64,000 nucleotides of DNA, taken from Candidatus Avelusimicrobium sp. Its GTDB lineage: Bacteria; Elusimicrobiota; Elusimicrobia; Elusimicrobiales; Elusimicrobiaceae. The DNA lies in the NCBI GenBank assembly GCA_045593365.1, contig JAZNWO010000060.1, forward strand, positions 3,350 through 67,349, read 5' to 3'. The notes beneath the pieces are model-generated. The model was not told the origin of the DNA. It saw only the letters and a program-made list of their open reading frames with translations, and made no database searches. Both the position numbers and the translations under genes were made by a program. This document shows positions 39,708-49,949 of the stretch, one piece after another (position 1 is the stretch's first letter; every line of letters starts with the position of its first letter).

Positions 39708-40217
39708 ATGAATGAAATAAAATCCAAATCCGCCTTTTGCCAAGCAGTTTTTGCGGGCGGCTGCTTTTGGGGCGTAGAGCATTTGATGCAAGCCGCACCC
39801 GGTGTGTTGGACGTACAAAGCGGCTATACCGGGGGCACACTACAGGCCCCCAGTTATGAACAAGTCCGCAGTGGCACTACCGGGCACTATGAGGCCGTCC
39901 GCGTGACGTACGACCCTGCCCAAACCGATTACGAAACCCTGGCTAAATTATTCTTTGAAATTCACGACCCGACCCAAGCCGACGGCCAGGGACCGGACCT
40001 TGGCTCCCAGTACCGCTCTGCTGTGTTTTATGCCGATGCCCGGCAAAAGGAAACTGCCGAAAAATTGATCCGCCTGCTGCAAGCAAAAGGTTATGCAATT
40101 GCCACCCGCGTGCTGCCTCTGAACACCTTTTGGCCCGCCGAACAGTATCATCAGGATTACTATGTGCGTAAAGGCACCGAGCCGTATTGCCATATGCGCG
40201 TAAAACGGTTTGACTAA
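39708..40217 (+). CDS. msrA: Peptide methionine sulfoxide reductase A
   Basis: AGGCFWG, GHYEAV, QYRSAVF and AEQYHQDY motifs. Confidence 0.95.
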   Translation: MNEIKSKSAFCQAVFAGGCFWGVEHLMQAAPGVLDVQSGYTGGTLQAPSYEQVRSGTTGHYEAVRVTYDPAQTDYETLAKLFFEIHDPTQADGQGPDLGSQYRSAVFYADARQKETAEKLIRLLQAKGYAIATRVLPLNTFWPAEQYHQDYYVRKGTEPYCHMRVKRFD

Positions 40218-40286
40218 ACAATATAAGCAGAAATTTCCGCTGTACACAAAAATCCCCTGCCATAAGCAGGGGATTTTTCATAATAG

Positions 40287-41387
40287 TTATTTAAGTAACG
40301 TAAGCGCTTGCTCTTTACTGGAAATACGTCCCGCCCATTGGAGCTTGCCCATACGCTCCATCGTTGACGAAATTTTACGTCCGTTCAAACCCAAATCACG
40401 CAAATCCCGCCCCCTTAAGAAACAAGGCTCCAACGCGGTACGCTTTAGTCCCGGATACATCGCCCGGATAATATTTTCCTGTAAAGCACTCAGCGGTGCC
40501 GACGGCGATTTTTGGCTTTCAAACACCGATAACGCTCCCAATAGTTCGTGCGTTACCTCTTTAGGCAAATGCAGACTGAGCAAAAATTCTGCCCCGCTGT
40601 CTTGGAGCAAACACGCGCAAATGCCTATTTTGGCTTCTATACTTTTTCCTTTTGCAATTTCCTCGCCCCATTTCAAACCGGGGTATATAAAAGGGTCCAA
40701 TTTATAGCGGTCCATGAGAGCAAAAATATCGCGCACATTTTTTTCCGCCAGGATTTTAACAAACTCCTGCCGCACCCGCTCCCGGGATAAAACAAACGGA
40801 TATTCTTGCGCAATAGCGTCTTGCATCCACTGTTTGGTTTTATTTTCTATTTGCCAGCCGAAACGCCCCGCAAAACGAACCAAGCGGTACAGACGTGTGG
40901 GATCATCGGAAAAACTTTTTTCGTGCAATACTTTCAGCACCCCTTGGTCAATGGCTTTTTGGGCGCCAAACGGGTCATACGGTGCGCCGAAATTCTTGGG
41001 TGACAGACTCAACGCCCAGGCATTTGCCGTAAAATCCCGGCGGAACAAGTCATCTTTGATGGTGGACGGAGTGACTTCCGGCAGTGCACCCGGACGGGCA
41101 TACGTCTCCTTACGGGCCTGTACTAAATCCAATTTAAGGCCGTTTTCCAGCGACACACGGTATGTATTAAATTGGGAAAATTTCCGTTTGGCCCCCCCCC
41201 AGTTGCGTATACAAAATCCAGCTACTGACTCCGGTGATCCCTCAAAGGTAAGGTCCAAATCCTTAGTATCCTTTCCTAGGTAAAAATCCCGGACAGCTCC
41301 CCCCACTACCCAGGCTTTTTGGCCCAGTTTATCGGCGTACTGGCCGATGGTCTTTAAGACTTCCTTGTGTTTTCTTGGTATCATCAT
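40287..41387 (-). CDS. cca: tRNA nucleotidyltransferase (CCA-adding family, class II)
   Basis: VGGAVRD..DLDL, RRDFTANA and DDPTRL motifs. Start inferred at MMIPRK; overlaps the CpXC gene by 59 bp. Confidence 0.85.
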   Translation of the reverse strand: MMIPRKHKEVLKTIGQYADKLGQKAWVVGGAVRDFYLGKDTKDLDLTFEGSPESVAGFCIRNWGGAKRKFSQFNTYRVSLENGLKLDLVQARKETYARPGALPEVTPSTIKDDLFRRDFTANAWALSLSPKNFGAPYDPFGAQKAIDQGVLKVLHEKSFSDDPTRLYRLVRFAGRFGWQIENKTKQWMQDAIAQEYPFVLSRERVRQEFVKILAEKNVRDIFALMDRYKLDPFIYPGLKWGEEIAKGKSIEAKIGICACLLQDSGAEFLLSLHLPKEVTHELLGALSVFESQKSPSAPLSALQENIIRAMYPGLKRTALEPCFLRGRDLRDLGLNGRKISSTMERMGKLQWAGRISSKEQALTLLK

Positions 41388-42021
41388 ATACTTTGGGCGC
41401 TGTGGCGCCATCCCCCTGCATCTGTTCGGCAAAGTGTTTGAGCAACGGGCTCCTAAGTCCCGACTCAAGCACCTTGCGGGCGGAACCGGCAAAGCTTTTC
41501 GCCGTTTCATCCGTCCCGGCTGCCGTATAAAGCGGGAAATTATGTTCCCGTGCCCACTGGGGATCTAAACACGCTACTTTCATCCCCAAGCAGGCGGCAG
41601 CAGCCGCAATTGCTTGTGACTCATCGGTGCGCTGTTGTTCTCGAAGTAGTACTTCCTTTAATTCTTCTAACCCAAACACGCACATAGGCCCCATATCTAA
41701 CCGGACCTGTTTAAGCAAAGTATTTTTAAGCAACTGGTAATCCTGCTGCATCTTAACCATCAGCTGCTTACGTTTACGACAGTTTTTGGCAGAAAATGCA
41801 AAAATAAGCAGCTGCATTTCCTCGTCCAAATAAATCAAATCCGTATCGCCATGAAAGAAGGTTTGGCATTGCGGACAACAAAACAAATTTAGTTCCCCTC
41901 CCAAAACGGCATCTCTAAGCTCCGGATTTTGGGTAACATTGATAAAAGTCCAACGGTCGGCTTCAAAGGCTTCGCAGCCGTTGGGACAAGTTATAGTTTC
42001 GGTTAACTTAATGGATCGCAT
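41329..42021 (-). CDS. CpXC domain-containing protein
   Basis: TCPNGC..WTFINVTQNPELRDAVLGGELNLFCCPQC..LIYLD pattern. Confidence 0.75.
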   Translation of the reverse strand: MRSIKLTETITCPNGCEAFEADRWTFINVTQNPELRDAVLGGELNLFCCPQCQTFFHGDTDLIYLDEEMQLLIFAFSAKNCRKRKQLMVKMQQDYQLLKNTLLKQVRLDMGPMCVFGLEELKEVLLREQQRTDESQAIAAAAACLGMKVACLDPQWAREHNFPLYTAAGTDETAKSFAGSARKVLESGLRSPLLKHFAEQMQGDGATAPKVYDDTKKTQGSLKDHRPVRR

Positions 42022-42194
42022 GGTATATTTATAGCATAAAAGCAAGGAAAAAGAAAGCAAAATTTTCTTTAGATAATCCCCTAACTAATTCTAATCATAC
42101 AAAAGATATAACTAAAAACAATTATTTTATTAGTTTAAAAATCCCGCACTCTATTTGCAGTGCGGGATATAAATAGGCTACAAGCAGCCGCAAG

Positions 42195-45100
42195 TTACAT
42201 CAAAACTTTGTGGAGTTCCTCCTCGGTCTGTTTGGCATTTTCTTCAGCCTGTTCTGCCGCCTGCTCTGCTTCCACAGCTTTTTCTTGGGCCCGGATGGCT
42301 TTTTCTTCAGCAGCCTTTGCTTTTTGGGCAGCAGCTTCCTGCTTTTCCTTCTCGTGTTCCAAGTATTGGTGAACTCGGATGCCCAATTGACCACTGTTAT
42401 CGTGCGAGCGCATTTCCATAAATTGGTTTGCATACTGGACCGGATTATAAGACTTATAACCATCAAGCGCCAATTTGGTCAAACCCAATAACCCAGAGGG
42501 TAAGCGGACCGGGTATATACCATATAAACCTAACCCGATACTTACACCCAAAGCCGTTATGGGAATCCACAACACGCTTAAGGGACCATTCGCCGGGCGT
42601 ATATTCATCGCTTTCTCGCGGTCTACAAATATACCTTGCAAACCAGGCAAGGCGGCAATACCGAACTGGGACCAAGAGAAGCTAGTCATAGTCATTGTTT
42701 TGAGCTCTTTCGCCCGGGCAGCGGCGGCGGCTTTGTCCATATTAGCCGTCATTTTAGCCACCGTTACTCCGCTTCCTATACGGATATTAGCTAATTTTTG
42801 GAACGATTGGGTCGTATTGGCAGTTCCCAATCCCATCATAATGATACCCGCTATCATTCTAGGATCTAGCTGCAATTTTCCGTTCTCATTTGTTAATGGT
42901 TTTGGATTTAAACCATAGCTCATCAACATTAATCCACCTGCTGTATTAAATCCGTAAGAAAGTCCCAACATCCGTTTATAGGCTATAGCAGGGTCGGCTG
43001 GATTGTCTAAAGCTTTGATGGAAGCTTTGGCACCCAAACGGATTAAAAAAGGCACCGCAGCTGCTGTAATACCCGTCAACATGGCCAAAGTATTAGCTCT
43101 GTTTCCAGGAACACTATTCTTGACAATACCCGTTTGTTCATACATAGGTTTCAAGGATAAGTTCGTTCCTTTGCTAAAAGCTGCCGCTTCAAACCCTGTG
43201 AAAGCAAACGTGGCTGCAGACAAGGGTAATACCTCTGGAGCAAAAGTTGTTTTCCACGCCACGCCCATCTCTTTCCAGAACGGAAATTTTTCGCCTTTCA
43301 GTACAGCACTGGCGCGTCCGATAGAGGAGTCTAATCGGGCAGATTTAACCCAACCCAATACACCCAGTGTTGCTACAGTCAACAGCGGGAAAGCTAAAGA
43401 AAAGTCTGTAGCCGGTTTAGATAATTCCTCTTGCGTTAATTTTTTACCCGTAACAGCCGGCACACCGTGCAACTTGATAGCTCCCCACACGAAAGACGGT
43501 GCCAACAAGAACACAGACCCTAAATTTTTAAACGCCATACTCTTGAGCAGACTGCCACCGCCACCCATACTATCAATCAACACGTTCAAGGTAGAACGGC
43601 TCATGGCAGAGGAAAAGCCAATAGCACCCGCAGTTGCGATTAACGGCCACACCGGGGGAGGATTCGTTGGGTCCAAATTACCGCGGAAACCCATAGCCGC
43701 ACTAAACGCCAACCCAGTGGCTACAGTAGCCAAAGAAACTCTCAATACTTTGGCAGATCCGTATTTCATAATGAACGGAGAAATGGCCGGCGATAACAAG
43801 GACGGCAAATAGGGGAACACAAAGGTAATAGCTGTCTTTTGTCCTTCTGAAATTTGGTCTCTGTAAGTCGTTTCCAACGGAGTAATTAACCCGGAGGAAG
43901 CTGCACTCAAGCTTAAGCCAGACGTCCAAAATAGCGGCAGGATCTTATTTTTGCCGGAACGCAAGGTCAAGTTCAAAGGTCTGTCAAAGGTGTTGGCTTT
44001 AGCCAGCTCTACCAAATTGGTAATCTGCTGTTTAGGTAAGCTAAAGCGCCACAATTTGCTACTGGCCACTTTTTCGCCGTTGCGCATCAGGCTCAAGTAA
44101 TTATCTGCGCCCAACACCAAACTACTGCCGGCTAATCTTAACTGTTTATCGGCCTTGATTAAGATAGGAACAGCGACTTGGCTGCCGTCCGCATGACGGA
44201 TGAATACAGGCAGCTCATCGGTCCAAATTTTTGTTTTACTGCGGCGGCTAGCCCACAATCCGCGCGCCCGATCTGCAAAGGTTGCGCCGACTCCCGCCGT
44301 ACTTTCACCGCTGATAGCAGCTGCCTGGCGGAATGCTTTTACACTGGAATACGGGGATAATTTTAATTCTAAGTTGGTACCCAAATTGGCCTCGGCGGCT
44401 CCGCGGATTAAAGTAGGCAGTTCACTCTTAGAAATATCTACTTTAAAGCTTCCCAAATTGCTCGGTTGGGAAATGCCATCCGTTAATCCCATGAAATAAT
44501 CTTTACCCCGTTTGGTGAAAATAACGCGCTGATAAACCTTTTCGTTTTTAATACCCTTTATACTGGTGTCTACATTGAGCTGTAAGGGCAAGCGGGTAGA
44601 TCCGTTGCTAGCCGGAGCAAATAATGCGCCGGGTACGGTACGGAAAGAAACAGGGGCTTTGTCATATTTCATGGCAGCATACTTGGTAATGTCAGCCGGC
44701 ACACTAATTCCTTCACTGCGCCGCACATTAGCTGCCAAAGCAGTAAATACTTTTTCGCGCTGGGTAAAGCTCAGTTGGGGCAACACATTATCCTTTTCAA
44801 TTAACTTAATGATATTATCGGCCAACATCCCTTTATATTTTTTCTTATTCCCGCCAAATAAAGCCATGGTTTTTTGGGAGAACCAACTACGGTGTGCAAA
44901 TTCCAAATTAGTTTGTGTGGTCACCTCTGCCAAAGCAGTGGAGAACAAACCTTCGGTACTGCTGTTTAGGGTTCCCAAAATCGGAGAAACGACCCCGCGC
45001 AATACCCCAAAATCCACCTTACCCGCAGTTGTATCAATTAAGGCTTGCTTCGGCAAATCTTTTAAATATTGCGGCATAACAATATTGCGGTTTTTCTTCA

Positions 45101-47519
45101 CAGCCGCAGCAAAATCCGCCATTGCTGCTTGGTCGGCACGGCTGTATTTTTTGGAAGCAGCCAAAATTTCTTTGCTCAAGCGGTAGCGGTACTGGGCATC
45201 CTGTTGTCCAAAGAAACGGGCTAATTTATTGGGTGTTTCTAAGGCAAAATTAGTCCTTTCTGTTGCAAGGTTTAAAGTATTCTGCAAAGAAGCCAAGCGG
45301 GCATTTACTGCCGGAGTATTTCCCAACATACCCGTTACTGTATTGGCATTGACAGCCATATTCATATCCGCCCCTAACGTAACGGTCGGTAAAGCAGCCT
45401 GCATTACGGACGGTATCGGCTTAAGCAAGGGCTTCGTATTGGTAAATTGCGGTAACAAATTACTTACCGAGGCTTCCATACCATTTTTGATTTTGGCAGG
45501 AATGGCACGCCACTTGAGCAGTCTTTGGGTAGACTGACTACGCCGCAGGAAAGCAATACGAGCCTCCATGGCCTCCCCTCTGCGCGCCATTTTGGTTACT
45601 TTGTAAAGATCACGACCTGTAACAACCAATTTGGGGGCCGCTTTTATCAGGTCCACCATACATATTACGATGATTGCTATGTCCCCATAAGTACCAATTT
45701 TGAGCCAGGTATCCACCCGGTGCTGGCTGCGTTGTTTAGCTTTATAAATTTCGCTGTCTTGACTGTACATAGTCAAACGCAGCGCCTCATCTAAGTTGGC
45801 CTGATGGTTGGTCTCCCTTTCAAAAATTTCGTAAAGTTTCGTATCAAGCAGCCAACCACTGGCCGAATTCATATCCGTTCCTTTTCCTCTCAAGAACAGC
45901 TGGCGGGCAATGTAGGCGGCTATATTCAGTCCCTTGGCAGAGGCAGCTTGACGGGCCAAAGCTACTTGTTCATCACGGCGGGCCTTATCTGCTTGTATCC
46001 GCGCTTGGTCTATATAAGCTGCACCACTGGAACGCAGTTCGCCATGCGCAGTTTTAACAACCGACGAGCCGGAATATTCTCCGTATTTACCGCTGCGTAA
46101 TGCTCCCACCAAGAAAGGCTTAATACCCGTACAAGCGATACCGGCATCCGTATTCAGCTTAAAGCTTTTTGTAGCATATCCCTCACATTTATTGATTCCG
46201 TAATCCCGTAACAAGGCCAACGCAGAAGGACTGCCGTCTTCGGCCAACATATACGCCACTTCTTCCCACGCATTGGACTGGGCCGGGTCATTAGAAACTT
46301 GCTCCATTTTTTCCGGGAACTGGGCATATTTAGAAACTTCTCCTAAGTAACGTCCTTTTCCGTCATGAATCGTTTTGACCCATGTTCTTATGGAAAGCGC
46401 ATCGGAATCCTCCCGGTTAACTTCTCCTTCCTTTCTGCTGGCTATTTCCAAGATATTACCTATGCGGGTGTATGCCTGCATAGCAAGTAAGGTGCTCACA
46501 CCGGTTAGTATTCCCATAGAAGCATAAGGAGTTACCATTACCTTTTGCACAAATTCGCTTACCAATCTTGCATCGTACTCATCGCCCAAGATACCCAAGC
46601 CGGATACCGCATTGATGGCCACTTGGCAACCGCGGGCAGAAAGTTGCTTGTCATAACAGGAGGTATTTTTTTCTAATTCATCAGCATATAAGGAATGCAA
46701 CATGGCTTTTTCTTCAGGAGTGAATAAAGTGGTCATACGACCGGCAGTCAACAACAAAGTAACGGAAATATTAATTAAATAAGGACGGGCTTTAACGGGA
46801 TTCTTTTTATACAGGGCAAATAATTCTTCTAGTTGTGCCCGGAGTGCTTTCATATCTTCTTCTGCAGCATCTTTACTTTCGGCTTTGGCTTCTTCAAGGA
46901 GTTCTTGATACACAGCCTCTGCATTCTGTTTGGCCTGAGTCCGCCATTTATTAATTTTAGCCCGCGAAACGGCAACAGAAGTACGGATTTGCTTTTCTGC
47001 ATCCTCAGACCAAGCACTCAAAACAGGAGAAGATACTTCATACAAAGCTGCTTGCGTAAGAATAGAGTCTTTTTGTGTGCGGAGCTTCTCTTCATATTTC
47101 TGAAGCTCTTTTTCAGCAGAGGCTATTTGTTCATCTACTGCCGCTTGATACTGCTTCATAAATTGGGCCCGAACATCTTGTTCTTGGTTTAGCAGATTCT
47201 TTTGTTCCGGATGGAGAAAACTCTTTTCCATATCCTCTAAAAATCTAAATTCTGCATCCTCTGAGTAAAAATTTTCTTTCTTTAGGGAGGTGTCCACCCG
47301 TGTGCTTTCCCGCACCGCTTCAAAAGCGCGCTGCTCCACTGCTTGGGCTAATCGTTTTGTGGTCTGCTGTTCTGAAGCAGACAAACCTGAGGATACCTTA
47401 AGAGGTACCAGCGATTGGGCTGCCAAAGGAGCGGACAAATTAATTAACAACGTAACCGACAACATAGAAGCGACTAACTGCTTGCAGAAAGATAACATTT
47501 CTCCGATAGAATATTTCAT
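42195..47519 (-). CDS. 1774-aa hypothetical protein: signal peptide, large helical region and C-terminal MFS-like multi-TM domain
   Basis: Uninterrupted ORF with AxA signal peptide. About 12 hydrophobic segments between ~43950 and ~42500; charged coiled-coil tail. Confidence 0.8.
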   Translation of the reverse strand: MKYSIGEMLSFCKQLVASMLSVTLLINLSAPLAAQSLVPLKVSSGLSASEQQTTKRLAQAVEQRAFEAVRESTRVDTSLKKENFYSEDAEFRFLEDMEKSFLHPEQKNLLNQEQDVRAQFMKQYQAAVDEQIASAEKELQKYEEKLRTQKDSILTQAALYEVSSPVLSAWSEDAEKQIRTSVAVSRAKINKWRTQAKQNAEAVYQELLEEAKAESKDAAEEDMKALRAQLEELFALYKKNPVKARPYLINISVTLLLTAGRMTTLFTPEEKAMLHSLYADELEKNTSCYDKQLSARGCQVAINAVSGLGILGDEYDARLVSEFVQKVMVTPYASMGILTGVSTLLAMQAYTRIGNILEIASRKEGEVNREDSDALSIRTWVKTIHDGKGRYLGEVSKYAQFPEKMEQVSNDPAQSNAWEEVAYMLAEDGSPSALALLRDYGINKCEGYATKSFKLNTDAGIACTGIKPFLVGALRSGKYGEYSGSSVVKTAHGELRSSGAAYIDQARIQADKARRDEQVALARQAASAKGLNIAAYIARQLFLRGKGTDMNSASGWLLDTKLYEIFERETNHQANLDEALRLTMYSQDSEIYKAKQRSQHRVDTWLKIGTYGDIAIIVICMVDLIKAAPKLVVTGRDLYKVTKMARRGEAMEARIAFLRRSQSTQRLLKWRAIPAKIKNGMEASVSNLLPQFTNTKPLLKPIPSVMQAALPTVTLGADMNMAVNANTVTGMLGNTPAVNARLASLQNTLNLATERTNFALETPNKLARFFGQQDAQYRYRLSKEILAASKKYSRADQAAMADFAAAVKKNRNIVMPQYLKDLPKQALIDTTAGKVDFGVLRGVVSPILGTLNSSTEGLFSTALAEVTTQTNLEFAHRSWFSQKTMALFGGNKKKYKGMLADNIIKLIEKDNVLPQLSFTQREKVFTALAANVRRSEGISVPADITKYAAMKYDKAPVSFRTVPGALFAPASNGSTRLPLQLNVDTSIKGIKNEKVYQRVIFTKRGKDYFMGLTDGISQPSNLGSFKVDISKSELPTLIRGAAEANLGTNLELKLSPYSSVKAFRQAAAISGESTAGVGATFADRARGLWASRRSKTKIWTDELPVFIRHADGSQVAVPILIKADKQLRLAGSSLVLGADNYLSLMRNGEKVASSKLWRFSLPKQQITNLVELAKANTFDRPLNLTLRSGKNKILPLFWTSGLSLSAASSGLITPLETTYRDQISEGQKTAITFVFPYLPSLLSPAISPFIMKYGSAKVLRVSLATVATGLAFSAAMGFRGNLDPTNPPPVWPLIATAGAIGFSSAMSRSTLNVLIDSMGGGGSLLKSMAFKNLGSVFLLAPSFVWGAIKLHGVPAVTGKKLTQEELSKPATDFSLAFPLLTVATLGVLGWVKSARLDSSIGRASAVLKGEKFPFWKEMGVAWKTTFAPEVLPLSAATFAFTGFEAAAFSKGTNLSLKPMYEQTGIVKNSVPGNRANTLAMLTGITAAAVPFLIRLGAKASIKALDNPADPAIAYKRMLGLSYGFNTAGGLMLMSYGLNPKPLTNENGKLQLDPRMIAGIIMMGLGTANTTQSFQKLANIRIGSGVTVAKMTANMDKAAAAARAKELKTMTMTSFSWSQFGIAALPGLQGIFVDREKAMNIRPANGPLSVLWIPITALGVSIGLGLYGIYPVRLPSGLLGLTKLALDGYKSYNPVQYANQFMEMRSHDNSGQLGIRVHQYLEHEKEKQEAAAQKAKAAEEKAIRAQEKAVEAEQAAEQAEENAKQTEEELHKVLM

Positions 47520-47712
47520 AGGTAAAAAACCTCGCCGTTAAAATACATTTACGAATCTACTGCACCTAAACTCACCTACTTACCTCTTTATTTTGACAAC
47601 TTTTTCTGATTTCGGCAAGGGCCAAAAGACCTATTTTTTGTCTAGGCCTTTAATTCCTGCCAGGATAGGCTGCCGCAAGCCTCTTGAGAAAAATGCTAAA
47701 ATAAAGAGCGAT

Positions 47713-47785
47713 GCCCCGTTAGCTCAACTGGATAGAGTACCGGTCTTCGGAACCGGGGGTTCGGGTTCAACTCCCGCACGGGGCA
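47713..47785 (+). tRNA. tRNA-Arg (anticodon UCG), CCA not encoded
   Basis: Acceptor GCCCCGT/ACGGGGC, D-arm GCTC/GAGT, anticodon stem CCGGT-CTTCGGA-ACCGG, TTCAACT T-loop. Confidence 0.9.
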
Positions 47786-47891
47786 TTTTTTTGCCAAGTA
47801 CACTAGCTGCGGCAGGTTGGTCAATTTTTTGTATTCATTGATTTAAAATTTGCTAGAATAAAGTATCTTAATTTGTAGTAAGGAGCAACTT

Positions 47892-48647
47892 ATGGGCGGA
47901 CATTCCCACTGGGCCGGTATTAAACACAAAAAGGCCCTTGTCGACGCAAAAAAAGGTAAAGTATTTACCAAAATTTTAAGAGAAATCACCATTGCCGCTA
48001 AAATGAGCGGCGGCAACCCGGACCAAAACCCGCGCCTGCGCAAGGCGATGGATGATGCGCGTGCGGCCAATATGCCTATGGAAAATATGAAACGTGCCAT
48101 TATGAAAGGTACGGGGCAATTGCCGGGCGTTTCCTACGAAGAAATTACCTATGAAGGCTACGGACCGGGCTCTACGGCAGTTATCGTGGAATGCACCACT
48201 GATAACAAAAACCGCACATTCGCCGAAATTCGCAAAATTTTCACCAGCCGTGGCGGCTCAATTGGTACGTCCGGTTGTGTGTCTTATATGTTCAAAAGCA
48301 AAGGCGTAATTGTGGTAGCCAAAGATGCCATTGGTGAAGATGATTTGATGAATTTAGCTTTGGAAGCTGGTGCAGAAGATGTACGCACCGAAGGTGATGC
48401 GTACGAAGTGATTACCGCTCCCGATGCTTCCTTTGACGCAGTGAAAAAAGCCATTGAGGACAAAGGCATTACCCCCGAATCGGCCGAGCTGACCATGCTG
48501 CCCGATACGGAAGTAAACATTACCGACGAGCACGTGGCCGAGTCTTTACTTAACATGATGGAAGAATTAGACGACCACGATGACACCAAAAACGTCTATT
48601 CCAACTATAATATCCCCGACGATATTATGGCAAAATTAGACAAATAA
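47892..48647 (+). CDS. yebC: YebC/PmpR family regulator
   Basis: MGGHSHWAGIKHKK, YEGYGPG and TDNKNRT motifs; upstream of ruvC. Confidence 0.95.
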   Translation: MGGHSHWAGIKHKKALVDAKKGKVFTKILREITIAAKMSGGNPDQNPRLRKAMDDARAANMPMENMKRAIMKGTGQLPGVSYEEITYEGYGPGSTAVIVECTTDNKNRTFAEIRKIFTSRGGSIGTSGCVSYMFKSKGVIVVAKDAIGEDDLMNLALEAGAEDVRTEGDAYEVITAPDASFDAVKKAIEDKGITPESAELTMLPDTEVNITDEHVAESLLNMMEELDDHDDTKNVYSNYNIPDDIMAKLDK

Positions 48648-48710
48648 GTTTTTGTTTAACCCAGCCGCCCGCGACCGCAAGGAACCGGGCGGTTTTTTAA
48701 AAGGATTTTT

Positions 48711-49283
48711 ATGGTGACACGCGAATCTGTTGCACTCGGTATTGACCCCGGCTTGGACCGCACCGGCTGGGCGGTCGTACGCCGTAATGAACGCAATTCA
48801 CTTTCGCTGATTGCCTGCGGCTTACTTCACACCGCGGCGGCGCAGGAGTTGCCCGCGCGTTTACATTATATATATAAGGAATTACAGCAGATTTTAAAAA
48901 ATTATGCGCCCGACCAAGTGGCTATGGAGCAAAACTTTTTCTTAAAGCGCGCGGTCACTATGGCTAATACGGTAATGACGCGCGGCGTGATTATTTTGGC
49001 GTGCGAACAGGCGGGCAAAACGATTTCTTTTTATCCCCCCAAACGGGTTAAAATGATTTTATGCGGCACGGGTACGGCCGACAAAAAACAAGTGCAACGC
49101 ATGGTACAACTCACCTTAAATTTAGATAAAAAGCCCGAGCCGGACGACGTGGCTGATGCAGTGGCGATTGCGATTTGCCACCACAAAACCGCGCCTTTGG
49201 CGCGTCAGATGAGTGTGCAAGCCGCCTTTTTAGAAAAGGTAAAAGCCGCCAAAGCCCAGCAACTTAAAAAATTTGGAAAATAA
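48711..49283 (+). CDS. ruvC: Holliday junction resolvase
   Basis: LGIDPG, EQ..F, GTGTADKKQV and DDVADAVAIAICH motifs. Confidence 0.95.
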   Translation: MVTRESVALGIDPGLDRTGWAVVRRNERNSLSLIACGLLHTAAAQELPARLHYIYKELQQILKNYAPDQVAMEQNFFLKRAVTMANTVMTRGVIILACEQAGKTISFYPPKRVKMILCGTGTADKKQVQRMVQLTLNLDKKPEPDDVADAVAIAICHHKTAPLARQMSVQAAFLEKVKAAKAQQLKKFGK

Positions 49284-49284
49284 A

Positions 49285-49827
49285 TCAGTATATCTGATAA
49301 GTATCCGCTATATTGGTAGGCGATCCCATACTGGCACAGATTTTTTGCCCAATCTCTGAATTATAAGCCGCACTGGTACAATATATTCCCGCTTTAGTTG
49401 CAGGTGTTATTTCGCTACGGCCATGCTCTAAACGGAAATAAATCTGCAGTTCTGATTTTTCAGCACACAAATTAATTCCCGAATTAAACCCTGGACAATA
49501 ATTGATACGTATTGCACCGCGCGCATCGTTAGTTATTCTAAAATCTGTTCCACAAGCGAACCAACTTTGGTCATCCTTTTCTATTTCTGTAAGGGGTACA
49601 CAATTGCCTGGCAGTTGTACATCCAAATTTTCTATATCTTTTGTGTAGCTGTCATTGTTTAAATGATACACTTCTTGTGCTTGTGCGATATTTTTTCCTA
49701 AAATTAACATCGTCGATACGCGAGTTTTTGCTACTGCCACGCGGTATTGCGGCAGCGCAATGGCCGCCAGTATCCCAATGATTAAAACGACTACCAACAA
49801 CTCTATTAGCGTAAATGCTTTTTTCAT
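49285..49827 (-). CDS. Type IV pilin-like protein (short leader)
   Basis: [28 protein letters not shown]; AAGGAG RBS. Confidence 0.92.
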   Translation of the reverse strand: MKKAFTLIELLVVVLIIGILAAIALPQYRVAVAKTRVSTMLILGKNIAQAQEVYHLNNDSYTKDIENLDVQLPGNCVPLTEIEKDDQSWFACGTDFRITNDARGAIRINYCPGFNSGINLCAEKSELQIYFRLEHGRSEITPATKAGIYCTSAAYNSEIGQKICASMGSPTNIADTYQIY

Positions 49828-49861
49828 AATATCTCCTTTATTTCCTTTTTGGCATACTAAA

Positions 49862-49889
49862 ATTATGCCAAAAAAAAAAAACAAGTCAA
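49862..49889 (-). promoter_or_regulatory. Poly-T spacer promoter P7: TTGACT-TG-T12-GG-CATAAT (16-bp spacer)
   Basis: Read directly. Confidence 0.75.
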
Positions 49890-49949
49890 GGGGTAAGGGC
49901 ACTTTCTCCATTTTTCTGCCGGAAAACGGCTAGTCAAAAATAACATAAG

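Noticed and set aside
41192-41200. C9 (G9 coding) tract in cca as a frameshift switch
   Set aside because: It is in frame in a likely essential gene, encodes WGGA, and is an isolated occurrence.
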